Assembly: GCA_964612055.1 (NCBI GenBank) | Contig: CAZTBI010000001.1 | Location: 71,957 to 135,956 of the forward strand | Origin: an uncultured Bdellovibrionales bacterium | GTDB taxonomy: Bacteria; Patescibacteriota; Minisyncoccia; Moranbacterales; UBA1568 | Direction: 5' to 3' | DNA: 64,000 nt | Translations under genes and position numbers: made by a program | Notes under the pieces: generated by a model | What the model was told of the DNA's origin: nothing | Databases searched by the model: none | The model's input: only the letters and a program-made list of their open reading frames with translations | Part shown: piece by piece, positions 28,857 to 37,946 of the stretch | Numbering within the stretch: the stretch's first letter is position 1 | How the letters are laid out: every line of letters starts with the position of its first letter

Positions 28857-30440
28857 ATGTCTGAACCAACACTTCTCGCCCGCTACGGACTTGCGACCTA
28901 CGTTCCAGAACAGGAAGGAAATCTTTTCTTGTTTCATGTCACCGAAAAAGATCTGGAGCTTGTCATAAAGACACTTAAGCATGATCATGCGCTCCCGTTA
29001 AAAACGGTCGCTGCTACTGATGAACGGAAAGAACGAGGGACATTTCGTATCCACTATATTTTCGGTGTACCAAAGGAAAACATTTTTATTGTTCCGTACA
29101 TTTCAGTCGATAAAAATGCCGAGACATTTCCGTCTTTGACTCCGATAGACCAAGAGTTTTCTCTGTACGAACAAGAAATCAAGACATTCTTTGGTCTTTC
29201 TCCAGAGGGTCACCCTCGTGCAACGCGCATCATTCTTCATGAGGAGAACTTTCCGAAGGATGTCTACCCATTGCGTAAGGACTTTGCCTGGGATACCAAG
29301 GTGACGCCACCAACGGAGAAGTTTGTTCCGACATTTCAAAAATACGAAGGTGAGGGAGTGTATGAGATTCCGGTCGGACCAGTGCATGCTGGCATTATTG
29401 AGCCGGGACATTTTCGATTCAGTGTTTTGGGCGAAGAGATTCTGCGTCTGGAGGCGCGCCTCGGGTATGTGCACAAGGGAACAGAAAAGCTTTTTGAGCA
29501 ATTACCACTGGAGAAAAAATTGACCCTTTCGGAGCGTATTTCCGGGGATAGCTCCTATCATCATGCCTTGGCCTTAGCTCAGGCAGTAGAGCGTCTCGCA
29601 TCTATAGAGGTACCAGCCCGTGGTCGTTTGCTCCGCGTGGTATACGCAGAACTCGAGCGCTTGGCAAATCATTTCAATGATCTCGCTTTTATCATGCTTG
29701 ATACGGGGTTTAGTTTTGGCGGCAGTCATGGTTCGCGTCTCCGTGAGCGTGTTATGCAGTGGAATGAGCGTCTCACAGGAAGTCGCTTTCTCCGGGGGGT
29801 TGTCACTTATGGTGGTGTGACTCGCGATATAAGTGGAGAGACCTTGCAAGCGTTGCATAATGATTTGGAATTGCTCGAAAAGGATTTCATGGAGGTGATC
29901 GCCGTGACCAAGGAAAGCGATTCCGTACAGAATCGTTTGAAGGGGACAGGGCGTTTGGATGCGACCGTGGCCAGAGATCTTGGGGCAGTAGGAATTGCCG
30001 CTCGGGCTTGCGGACAAGAAATCGATGCTCGGGCTGATTATCCGTACGCCGCCTATGATGTGGTGCAGTTTGGTATCATGACGGAGAAATCCGGCGATGT
30101 CTATGCCCGCTTCCGGGTCCGGGCTCGTGAGGTGACGCAGTCTTTCCGTCTTTTGAATCAGGTGTTGGCGCTTCTCGTGCACGAGTCTGGGGCGATTGCC
30201 TCGCCAGTGCACGCTCTTCCTGCCAATCGTCATGCGGTCTCTCTCGTCGAAGGGTGGCGTGGAGATATTGTGTATTTCGTCGCTACTGACAGTGACGGCG
30301 TGATCAGTCGAGTGAAGGTACGTGACCCATCGTTTTTGAACTGGACCCTCTTTCCGTACGTCATCGGTCAGGATATGGTGCCTGACTTCCCGCTCATTAA
30401 TAAGAGCTTCAACCTTTCCTATACAGGAAACGATCTCTAG
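28857..30440 (+). CDS. HycE/HyfG-like (Ehr large subunit, NuoC-D fusion) without NiFe-binding CxxC motifs
   Basis: VGPVHAGIIEPGHFRF, GYVHKGTEK, ERISGDS, VEGWRG, DFPLINKSFNLSYTGNDL. Confidence 0.93.
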   Translation: MSEPTLLARYGLATYVPEQEGNLFLFHVTEKDLELVIKTLKHDHALPLKTVAATDERKERGTFRIHYIFGVPKENIFIVPYISVDKNAETFPSLTPIDQEFSLYEQEIKTFFGLSPEGHPRATRIILHEENFPKDVYPLRKDFAWDTKVTPPTEKFVPTFQKYEGEGVYEIPVGPVHAGIIEPGHFRFSVLGEEILRLEARLGYVHKGTEKLFEQLPLEKKLTLSERISGDSSYHHALALAQAVERLASIEVPARGRLLRVVYAELERLANHFNDLAFIMLDTGFSFGGSHGSRLRERVMQWNERLTGSRFLRGVVTYGGVTRDISGETLQALHNDLELLEKDFMEVIAVTKESDSVQNRLKGTGRLDATVARDLGAVGIAARACGQEIDARADYPYAAYDVVQFGIMTEKSGDVYARFRVRAREVTQSFRLLNQVLALLVHESGAIASPVHALPANRHAVSLVEGWRGDIVYFVATDSDGVISRVKVRDPSFLNWTLFPYVIGQDMVPDFPLINKSFNLSYTGNDL

Positions 30441-30446
30441 AGAATA

Positions 30447-30483
30447 CAAAAAACACCCTGAGCTTGTCGAAGGGTGTTTTTTG
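30447..30483. terminator. Bidirectional terminator between convergent genes
   Basis: CAAAAAACACCCT-gagcttgtcga-AGGGTGTTTTTTG. Confidence 0.85.
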
Positions 30484-31104
30484 TTATTGGGTCAGGCGAG
30501 CGAGAAGCTCTTCTCTGGTATCAACGGTTTCTGCGCCAGCTTTTTCCAAAGCTTCTTTGCTATTTAGGCCCCAGGTCACAGCGACGATCTTGAGGCCCGC
30601 TTTTTGACAGGCTTCGACATCGCGTACCTCGTCTCCTACGTAGAGCGTGTCAGAAGCATCCAGGTGTTCTTTTTTGAGTGTTTCCTGAAGTGACCGAGCC
30701 TTGTTGAAAAGTTTTCCGTGGTAAACGAAATCAACAGGAAGTGTATGACGTTTCACGAGTGCCTGGATGGTATCAAGTCTACTGGAAGAAACAACGCCAA
30801 TACGATAGCCCTGGCTATTGAGGGTATTTAAGAGTTCTTTGATACCAGAAAATAATTTTACTTCTGGAACCAGCGTATTATATTCTTCTCGTCCTCGCTT
30901 CAGCATCCAAGGAAGGAGAATGGCCCGCCATCCGAGACGCTGCCAGACGAGATTCTTCAGGTGAAATTTTTTCAGGCCAGGCATTTCTTCTTGGGAAAGT
31001 GGGGTGTAGCCAAATTCTGAGGATAATTTATTGAAGAGATGAAAAAAAAGAGGTTCGATATCAACCAGTGTGCCATCGAGATCAAAGATGATAGTTTTTT
31101 TCAT
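30484..31104 (-). CDS. HAD-superfamily hydrolase (phosphoglycolate phosphatase-like)
   Basis: IFDLDGTLVD, VVSS, YVGDEVRD, AVTWG. Confidence 0.9.
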   Translation of the reverse strand: MKKTIIFDLDGTLVDIEPLFFHLFNKLSSEFGYTPLSQEEMPGLKKFHLKNLVWQRLGWRAILLPWMLKRGREEYNTLVPEVKLFSGIKELLNTLNSQGYRIGVVSSSRLDTIQALVKRHTLPVDFVYHGKLFNKARSLQETLKKEHLDASDTLYVGDEVRDVEACQKAGLKIVAVTWGLNSKEALEKAGAETVDTREELLARLTQ

Positions 31105-31118
31105 GGAAGTGAGAGGGG

Positions 31119-31925
31119 TTAGAGACTGATGAACCGAGTGGCGACAATCACGTAGAGGAGAATCAGTATCCAGAAACTTGTAATAAAGAAGCGTCGGCCC
31201 CGAGTTATAAGTGAAGCATCCGGAGCAATTTCTTTCGGAGTAAGGCCAAAGTCTTTGAAGAGGAAGAATGACTCGTAGAGGCGGACAATTACGACCCAGG
31301 TCAGGAAGAGGGTCACGAGCATGCCAAGTCCCGGCATGAGAGGGTGAGCGAGTTCAGGGGTGACGCTGCCACCTTGTTTCAGCCACTTCATCCAACCATT
31401 CCACTTCATGACGTACACATGGATGAGGGTGAGGAGAATGACGAGGCGCAGCCCCCATCGCTGCAGGAACCACCAGCGGCTTCCACCGAGGAGATCGATG
31501 GCTTTCTTGAAAGAGATAATGAAGAGGAATACGAGAAGAAAGGCTCCGACCAGTCCGGCGGCGAAGGTAAGAGAGGCGAAATCGAGCTTTGATGCGGGGA
31601 ACTTGAGAGGGAGGAGGAAGTACGAGATGATGCCATGGGAGATGGCAAGAAATCCGCCTACGATCCCGATCTCCTTGCGATAACCGAGCCAGGCATCAAG
31701 GCGATCGAAGTAACGGACGATAGGGCCGATCAGAAAAGTGAGGGCTAGGAGAATGGTACCGGCTCCGACCAGTACTTTATTGAAAACATAAAGGGTATCG
31801 GCAGTCGGCGGGGCATCAAAGAGGTAGCCGCGACGTATGAAGAGGTAGAGGCTGAAGAACGCAACCAGCGCTCCGGCTATGAGGGACGCGATGACGTAGT
31901 CTCGGAAGGTGGATGGCTTGTGCAT
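31119..31925 (-). CDS. Ferric reductase/MsrQ-like transmembrane protein
   Basis: YRKEIG.......H and W..LQR........IH pattern, about 7 TM helices. Confidence 0.65.
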   Translation of the reverse strand: MHKPSTFRDYVIASLIAGALVAFFSLYLFIRRGYLFDAPPTADTLYVFNKVLVGAGTILLALTFLIGPIVRYFDRLDAWLGYRKEIGIVGGFLAISHGIISYFLLPLKFPASKLDFASLTFAAGLVGAFLLVFLFIISFKKAIDLLGGSRWWFLQRWGLRLVILLTLIHVYVMKWNGWMKWLKQGGSVTPELAHPLMPGLGMLVTLFLTWVVIVRLYESFFLFKDFGLTPKEIAPDASLITRGRRFFITSFWILILLYVIVATRFISL

Positions 31926-31985
31926 AGCTATTTGTTTTAAAAATATTACTCTGAAAGAGTAAACGTTTATTTTCTCCAAAAGGTG

Positions 31986-32303
31986 TCACTTTAGTTCCCA
32001 GAGAACGCTTTGGAAGTTCTTGATGCGATCTTTTTCATCGAGTTCGATACCTTCTTTTTTGTAGAGCTTCAGACGTTCTTTACGATGCTTGTCATCGACC
32101 CAGATGTGACCATCAGCGTAGACGATACGGTGGAAGGGAATATTCTTTTCGCCGTTCTTCCAGGCTTTTCCAAGGATGCTAGTGATGCTTTGTGAAGCCA
32201 TGGTTCCGCCACCGGCAGCGCGAGCGATACGGCCATAGGTCGTGACCCGTCCCGTAGGAATGGAGAGAGCGATTTTTATGACACGTTCACTGAAAGTTAT
32301 CAT
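31986..32303 (-). CDS. Alkyltransferase-like (ATL/MGMT family) DNA-binding protein
   Basis: IP.GRVTTYG.IA; PFHRIV in place of PCHRV. Confidence 0.85.
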   Translation of the reverse strand: MITFSERVIKIALSIPTGRVTTYGRIARAAGGGTMASQSITSILGKAWKNGEKNIPFHRIVYADGHIWVDDKHRKERLKLYKKEGIELDEKDRIKNFQSVLWELK

Positions 32304-32311
32304 AACGTACT

Positions 32312-32869
32312 TTAAGCCACTTCTTTTGATTTTTGGTGGGCCAGGTAAGTGAGGGAGAGGATGGCGACGAAGACGACGAGTGCCATGAAAGGAATAGTTA
32401 TGAAGCCAAAGGTGACAATAGGGGAGTTGCTACAAGATGATTCAAGTGGGTTGGTAGAGCAAGGAAGGAGAAAGGGATTGCCGGCGACGTACTTCTGATA
32501 GTGACCATAGTAGTGATAGGCAGCGATCGGAAGTCCGATAGCGGCCATGATGCCTACGATCAGGTGATTCATCTTGGTCTTGGTCCAGAGAGTCACGGCA
32601 ATGATGATTTCAATCGGAAACATGAAAATACGCTGCCACCAGCAGAGAACACAGACAGGAGTGAGGTAGACATACTGATAGGTGAGGGCGCCGAGCGTGG
32701 CGATAGTAGCGAGGAGGGCGATAGCCTGGAGGAGGCAGGTGTAGGAAATGGCGGAGAGCTTTGTTCGTAGGGACTGGGAGTAAAAGGCGCCGAGTATCGA
32801 GAGGATGGTAGCGGCACCCAGGAGGAGAACCAAAACGGACAGAACGGTCGAATACTGCTCAAGATTCAT
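32312..32869 (-). CDS. Disulfide bond formation protein DsbB/BdbC family
   Basis: PCVLCWWQRIFM, second Cys pair, GFITIPFMAL. Confidence 0.88.
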   Translation of the reverse strand: MNLEQYSTVLSVLVLLLGAATILSILGAFYSQSLRTKLSAISYTCLLQAIALLATIATLGALTYQYVYLTPVCVLCWWQRIFMFPIEIIIAVTLWTKTKMNHLIVGIMAAIGLPIAAYHYYGHYQKYVAGNPFLLPCSTNPLESSCSNSPIVTFGFITIPFMALVVFVAILSLTYLAHQKSKEVA

Positions 32870-32992
32870 AGCAAGCAATCATGAATTATGCCCTTATTAT
32901 AGCGCTTTTTCTCGTGATACGAAAGTTCTCCCTCTGGTTGTTGACTTTTTGATAAAAGTGGGTGATTGTAAGCTTTCTGTTACAATAGGATT

Positions 32993-34240
32993 ATGAACTA
33001 CGATGTCATCGTTATTGGAGGAGGGCCGGCTGGCATGATGGCAGCTGGCCGAGCGGCTGAGCGCGGTGTTCGGGTCGCTTTGCTTGAGAAAAATGCCTCT
33101 TTGGGTCAAAAACTTCTCATTACTGGTGGTGGTCGTTCCAATGTGACCAACGCCGAATTTGACGAGCATATTTTTTTAGCCAAGTTCGGGACAGCTTCAA
33201 AGTTTCTCTACTCACCACTGTCTCAGTTTGGAGTACAGTCTGCCCTTGATTTCTTTCATAGTCACGGTATGCCGACCAAGGTGGAAGCTGAGAAACGCGT
33301 CTTTCCGGTGAGTGATAGCGCTCAGTCAGTGTGGGATGCATTGGTTGGGTATATGCGAGAGGGGAATGTCACGATACTGACCGGTATGGCAGTTTCTGGT
33401 TTGGAAACAGCCGCTGATGGTATCAGTTGCGTTCGTTTGAAAAATGGCACGGTCTTGCAGGCTCGTTCGTATATTCTGGCTACTGGCGGTCAATCACGTC
33501 CAGAGACGGGATCAACGGGGGACGGCTTTCATTTCCTTGAGAAGATAGGGCATACCGTAGTTGAGCCCCGACCATCCCTGGTACCACTTCGGGTACGCGA
33601 ATCATGGGTAGCTGAACTTTCAGGGGTGAGTTTTTCTGATGCCAAGCTTTCGTATTTTCAGAAAGACAGAAAGATTGAGAGTCGTAAGGGAAAGGTGTTA
33701 TTTACTCACGTGGGACTGAGTGGCCCCTTGGTTTTGAACATGAGTCGCAATATCAGCGAGTTTCTCCAGTATGGTGAAGTAAAGGTATCACTCGATCTTG
33801 TCCCAGGTAAAAACATCGGAGAGATCGATCATGATATCCAGATACTGTTTCAATCTCAGAAAAACAAGCAGGTAAAAAACAGTCTTGATGGTTTTCTTCA
33901 GCCGGCCATGATTCCGGTATTTTTAGAGCTTGCCAATATCAATCCAGAGACACCGGTGCATAGTATCTCCCGTGACGAGCGTATGACACTGGCACGCCTA
34001 GCCAAGGATCTCCGACTGACGGTAACGGGACTTCTTGGTGCTGACAAGGCTATTGTGACGAGTGGCGGAGTAACGCTCGAAGAAGTGGATTTCAAATATA
34101 TGTGCTCTCGAAAATTTTCCAATTTGTACTTAGTCGGCGATGTCTTGAATATCGATCGGCCATCAGGCGGGTATAGTCTGCAACTCTGTTGGACCACCGG
34201 GTATGTCGCTGGAACTTCAGCTGCCGAAAAAGGTATTTGA
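32993..34240 (+). CDS. HI0933/BaiN-like flavoprotein
   Basis: IGGGPAG, KLLITGGGRSNVTN, ATGG.S.P.TGSTGDG, GGYSLQ. Confidence 0.92.
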   Translation: MNYDVIVIGGGPAGMMAAGRAAERGVRVALLEKNASLGQKLLITGGGRSNVTNAEFDEHIFLAKFGTASKFLYSPLSQFGVQSALDFFHSHGMPTKVEAEKRVFPVSDSAQSVWDALVGYMREGNVTILTGMAVSGLETAADGISCVRLKNGTVLQARSYILATGGQSRPETGSTGDGFHFLEKIGHTVVEPRPSLVPLRVRESWVAELSGVSFSDAKLSYFQKDRKIESRKGKVLFTHVGLSGPLVLNMSRNISEFLQYGEVKVSLDLVPGKNIGEIDHDIQILFQSQKNKQVKNSLDGFLQPAMIPVFLELANINPETPVHSISRDERMTLARLAKDLRLTVTGLLGADKAIVTSGGVTLEEVDFKYMCSRKFSNLYLVGDVLNIDRPSGGYSLQLCWTTGYVAGTSAAEKGI

Positions 34241-34312
34241 CACTCTCGCAACTGAACAGTAGGATAAGGAGTTGCCAAATGGGAGTAGTTTAAAAATAGG
34301 AAGGGGTCGGAG

Positions 34313-34825
34313 ATGGTTACCAATGCATATTTTCTCACGGATAGGCAGCGAAAGCGACTTCCACCGATGACTCTTTTAGGGGATCTCAATGGTGAAAGAC
34401 CAAAGGGGCATCCAAGACTCGAGCTCGGACCAAAAGGAAAGGTACTTCTTGCTCCGCGGCAAGTATGGGTGATGCGTCACAACCAGGAACTTTGGGTGAT
34501 CCGCGGGTGTGATGATCATCTCAATAAGGGGAGGTACGAGGTTCACCTGAGCCGCTATGGAAGCACGCACATTGAACGCAGTATTTCCGAAGCGAATCTT
34601 CGTACTAATTATTCCGTATGGGAACGTATGGTCGAAGAGCTTGGAACGATCGTGCGGAAGGTGCGCGGAATGATTGAGAGGGGAGAAGGGGAACCTTTTG
34701 GCCATATGACTGGAAATATCAGTAGGGTACTTGAGGGATTCTTCGAGGTTGATCCGGTAACTGGTGCCAAAAGGACGCAGGGTTCTCAGGAGTCTCGGTT
34801 GCGAGTAGTCAAGCAAAAGAGGTGA
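34313..34825 (+). CDS. Orphan protein (170 aa) with its own promoter, purine-rich RBS and terminator
   Basis: TTGACA-17-TAGGAT at 34237-34265; GGAAGGGG upstream of ATG; downstream hairpin with U-tract. Confidence 0.6.
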   Translation: MVTNAYFLTDRQRKRLPPMTLLGDLNGERPKGHPRLELGPKGKVLLAPRQVWVMRHNQELWVIRGCDDHLNKGRYEVHLSRYGSTHIERSISEANLRTNYSVWERMVEELGTIVRKVRGMIERGEGEPFGHMTGNISRVLEGFFEVDPVTGAKRTQGSQESRLRVVKQKR

Positions 34826-34875
34826 TACGGCATAGCCGATCACCCCTTTTTTATTTCTGTAGAAACTTTATAACA

Positions 34876-36063
34876 CTATTGTTTCAGGAATTTTGAAATC
34901 ACGCTGAGAAGCTCGGTTTTTTCAGACCAGATACCGGAATGACTCTTCTCTTCGTAGAGAACGCCGTATCCCTTGTCATTCTGATTGTGTTGTTTATAAG
35001 TCCACCAGGTCCAGCCAACATTATTTTGATTCAAAAGAGAAAGCACGGCTGCTGCGTATACTCGATTGGGATCCTCGCCTGATTCAGATCCCGTTTGTTG
35101 GACAAATATAGGAACATTATATTTCGTTCGGAGGTCGAGGAGAGACTGAAGTCTTTCGCGGAGATTAGCAATATTTTCTTCCTGAGATTTTCCTGTGAAG
35201 ACAAAGAGGTTACCAGTGTAAATAAGTGGTACGTCTGTTTGTATATACCCTTCGGCGGAAGCTTTTTTAATAGTGTAGCTTGGACCCGCTCCCACAAGCA
35301 AAGGAGTACGAGGGTCTACTTCATGAATGGCAGTGATAAGTTCGCTATAAAATTGACGGATATCTGCATTACTGACGCCGGTTGGATTTGGTTCTGGTAG
35401 GAGTTCGTACATACCTATATAAGGAGTATCTTTGTAACGATTGGCGATAAATTTCCAGACCTCAATAAACTCCGCGCGCATAGCTGGGTCAGTCCAGAAG
35501 TTGTGACCCTTGTCTCCGTAAGAGTTATTAGGATCGCAGAATAATTTTTGATCTTCCTGGGTACCATTTTGTCCGCAATCAGAATCAATAAAAAGATCAA
35601 TCCAAAGATGCTGCGCGGAAGCCCAAGCAATGTACTGGTCGAGTTGTGCGAGATGAGCAGGATCAATGTGTCCGGGAGCGCTATCTTTGCGGCTATCAAT
35701 GGATGCTTCGGAGTATTTCCCCCACCATCGCAGAGGCATACGGATGATATTGGCGCCTTGCTTGACGTTATCGGCGGCATCTTTTTCCTCGGCGGTGCCC
35801 CATGAGCCCCAGTTCATCCCACGAAGCATGATTGGGTTTCCATTTTGATCCAAGATTTCTGAACCGCGGAGAGAGAGTTTCTCTGGAGTAGTGGATTGTG
35901 GAACGGTTGTGGGGGAAGTAGTAGTTGAAGAAGTAGGTGAGGAAGAAGATGGGTTTGTAGTGGTAGGGGCTGGTTTTTTAGAAAACTGTGTTATGCCAAA
36001 CGCCACAACTACGATAAGCGCGAGAAAGGCTACAGAGAGTACGAGGACTTTTGATGATTTCAT
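34876..36063 (-). CDS. Membrane-anchored glycoside hydrolase family 5-like protein, nucleophile apparently Glu>Gln
   Basis: N-terminal TM plus S/T/P linker; LRGMNWG, GANIIRMP, YELLPEP, VPIFVQQTG, VGWTWW. Confidence 0.8.
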   Translation of the reverse strand: MKSSKVLVLSVAFLALIVVVAFGITQFSKKPAPTTTNPSSSSPTSSTTTSPTTVPQSTTPEKLSLRGSEILDQNGNPIMLRGMNWGSWGTAEEKDAADNVKQGANIIRMPLRWWGKYSEASIDSRKDSAPGHIDPAHLAQLDQYIAWASAQHLWIDLFIDSDCGQNGTQEDQKLFCDPNNSYGDKGHNFWTDPAMRAEFIEVWKFIANRYKDTPYIGMYELLPEPNPTGVSNADIRQFYSELITAIHEVDPRTPLLVGAGPSYTIKKASAEGYIQTDVPLIYTGNLFVFTGKSQEENIANLRERLQSLLDLRTKYNVPIFVQQTGSESGEDPNRVYAAAVLSLLNQNNVGWTWWTYKQHNQNDKGYGVLYEEKSHSGIWSEKTELLSVISKFLKQ

Positions 36064-36166
36064 ATGAAAAGATTTTTAGAGTATATCTCTAGTATACACC
36101 CTTCTTTTTCATACGATTGAGAGAGGAAATAAGACTCAATTTTTCTTAATAATGAGAGAAGAAACT

Positions 36167-36979
36167 CTATTTTTCTTGGTTTACAAGATAACGGATAGCC
36201 GGCTCTTGCATAATGGCGTGAGTGGCACCGTAGACGATGAAGAGACTTTTTCCTTCGTGCCATTTTTTCTCAATCTCTTTCAATATGTACTGATCACGGA
36301 GGATGCTCGTTGCTCGTGCTACTTGATTACTGACAGAGTAGATATTGGCTGGGTCAGAGGCTTTTTCAAAGTGCTCTAAATCATTCAGATCAAGCTCCGT
36401 CCCGAATATTTTTTTGTGCGTCTCAGAAAGGGTAATGAAAATATCCTGCGTGACCCTAAGTGCCTTGGCTTCATCAGAAACAAGTCGTTGAGCGTATTGT
36501 AAAGCATCCCCACCATTGTCTACCTTTTTCCACTGATCGACAGAGCGAGAAAAGTAGTAATAGAGTATCTTTTCTTTCGAAAATTGTTTAAGAAGTTCTG
36601 TCACTTCATAGGCAAGGGGAGGCTCAGGCGACTCTACGGTTATGCCAGTCTGTTCTGCTAGATATGTTGCCAAGCCGGCCTCGCCATCATTTCTGATGGT
36701 TTCCTCTTCATTGTCAGTGTTATCTCGCGTACCTCCCTCTACTAGGACAACGGATTGGCCCTTTTCGATTTTTGAAGCGAAACTTTTCCAGGCATCCTTT
36801 ATCTCTGCTATTTGTTCATGGTGAGGATCGTAAATGTGATCAGCTCCAAAATATGAAATGTGCCGGCCATTTTTTTCAACTTCGAAAAAGTGCGGAAAAA
36901 TCTGCTCCGCATTTTCATACTCTTCGTATGTCATCAGACGATCAATCCTAGAGTTTTTGATAGTTGGTATTTGCTCCAT
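36167..36979 (-). CDS. Hypothetical protein with TraB/TIKI/ChaN-like metal-binding motif pattern
   Basis: FGADH, VLVEG, RD, IVYGATH. Confidence 0.55.
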   Translation of the reverse strand: MEQIPTIKNSRIDRLMTYEEYENAEQIFPHFFEVEKNGRHISYFGADHIYDPHHEQIAEIKDAWKSFASKIEKGQSVVLVEGGTRDNTDNEEETIRNDGEAGLATYLAEQTGITVESPEPPLAYEVTELLKQFSKEKILYYYFSRSVDQWKKVDNGGDALQYAQRLVSDEAKALRVTQDIFITLSETHKKIFGTELDLNDLEHFEKASDPANIYSVSNQVARATSILRDQYILKEIEKKWHEGKSLFIVYGATHAIMQEPAIRYLVNQEK

Positions 36980-37059
36980 AAATATATTGCTGGGCTTATT
37001 GGACGTGCTCAGAACTGTCGATAGGGGAAAATAAGGGAAGATTTGAAGGTTTGGGAACT

Positions 37060-37476
37060 TTAGAGCCAATCAGGTTTTGTTTCTTGGGTAGGAATTGCCG
37101 CATCGAACTCCAGGTAATTGTTCGTCAGTTCTTCATCGGGAAGTATGTCTCTGTTCGCTACAAAGTATGGTTCGGGTGAAATCTTACTATCTGTAACCAC
37201 TGTCAAATTGTTTGAAGTCGGGTTGTGGTTTGTATAAAGTGCAGGGTCATTTTCTGGAGGAAAGATATACTTACCTGACGACGCTGAGAGGTAGGCAACT
37301 TTTTCCATATACTTTTTTTCTTCACCATCGAGCTTTTCGTAATCTTCCACCGAGATAGATTTATCGTGCTCAGCAACGTACTTCCACGCGATTTCACCCT
37401 TCTTAATTTTCTGAGAAGTAAAAACGCCTTTGCCTTCAATCTCTGATGGTTTTGTGTAAACGGGGACTAGATACAT
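37060..37476 (-). CDS. SET-domain protein (putative methyltransferase)
   Basis: SEIEGKGVFT..KIKKGE, YTNH, A.RDI.PDEELTNNY. Confidence 0.85.
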   Translation of the reverse strand: MYLVPVYTKPSEIEGKGVFTSQKIKKGEIAWKYVAEHDKSISVEDYEKLDGEEKKYMEKVAYLSASSGKYIFPPENDPALYTNHNPTSNNLTVVTDSKISPEPYFVANRDILPDEELTNNYLEFDAAIPTQETKPDWL

Positions 37477-37490
37477 AGTTTTTTTGAGTG

Positions 37491-37562
37491 CTGGGGAGGA
37501 AGGGATCGAACCTTCGCATGGAGGCTTCAAAGGCCCCTGCCTTACCGCTTGGCTACTCCCCA
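37491..37562 (-). tRNA. tRNA-Gln (anticodon TTG), CCA not encoded
   Basis: TGGGGAG/CTCCCCA acceptor stem, GGGGC-CTTTGAA-GCCTC anticodon arm, GAAGG-TTCGATC-CCTTC T arm. Confidence 0.97.
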
Positions 37563-37816
37563 ATATGTTTATAATTCTCGACTATCTTTTTCAATTCTCT
37601 TCTCCTACTTTTCGTCTTTAAATACTGCTCCTGTTTTCTGGCTTCAGTCAGAGTATCGTACTCTTTGTGATAGATCAAGATTAGTGGAGTGCGGTATTTT
37701 GTGGAAATGTTTTTTCCAGAATTGTGTTCTTGAATACGCTGCTCCAAGTTATCCGTTGACCCTGTATAGGTACGAGCATCTTTTTGGCTCAGGAGAACGT
37801 AGATGTAGCCTTTCAT
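37553..37816 (-). CDS. Small GIY-YIG nuclease (UPF0213-like), stop codon inside tRNA-Gln
   Basis: YIYVLLS....TYTGST.NL..R..EHN.G, EA...E.YLK. Confidence 0.9.
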   Translation of the reverse strand: MKGYIYVLLSQKDARTYTGSTDNLEQRIQEHNSGKNISTKYRTPLILIYHKEYDTLTEARKQEQYLKTKSRRRELKKIVENYKHIGE

Positions 37817-37823
37817 AGAAGTT

Positions 37824-37940
37824 CCTGCCTTATCCGTCCTCGTTTGACTCGGCCGAGACAAGCCGCTTGGCCCGTCTCGACTCGGTCTCACCGAGGTGGA
37901 CCTGCTTCGGTGAGCGAAGCGAGACGAGCTACTCCCCAAT
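37824..37940 (-). pseudogene. Duplicated 5' part of tRNA-Gln interrupted by nested palindromic insertions
   Basis: Blocks CCTGCCTTA (37824), CCGCTTGGC (37863) and GCTACTCCCCAAT (37928) reproduce 37536-37564 in order. Confidence 0.75.
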
Positions 37941-37946
37941 GGAATC

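Noticed and set aside
31986-32303. Inactive MGMT (PFHR) as a novel pseudo-enzyme
   Set aside because: Cys-less alkyltransferase-like proteins are an established family.
37477-37563. N-terminal extension of the SET ORF (and of the GIY-YIG ORF to 37939)
   Set aside because: The extensions read through the tRNA or pseudo-tRNA; the real starts are probably 37476 and 37816.
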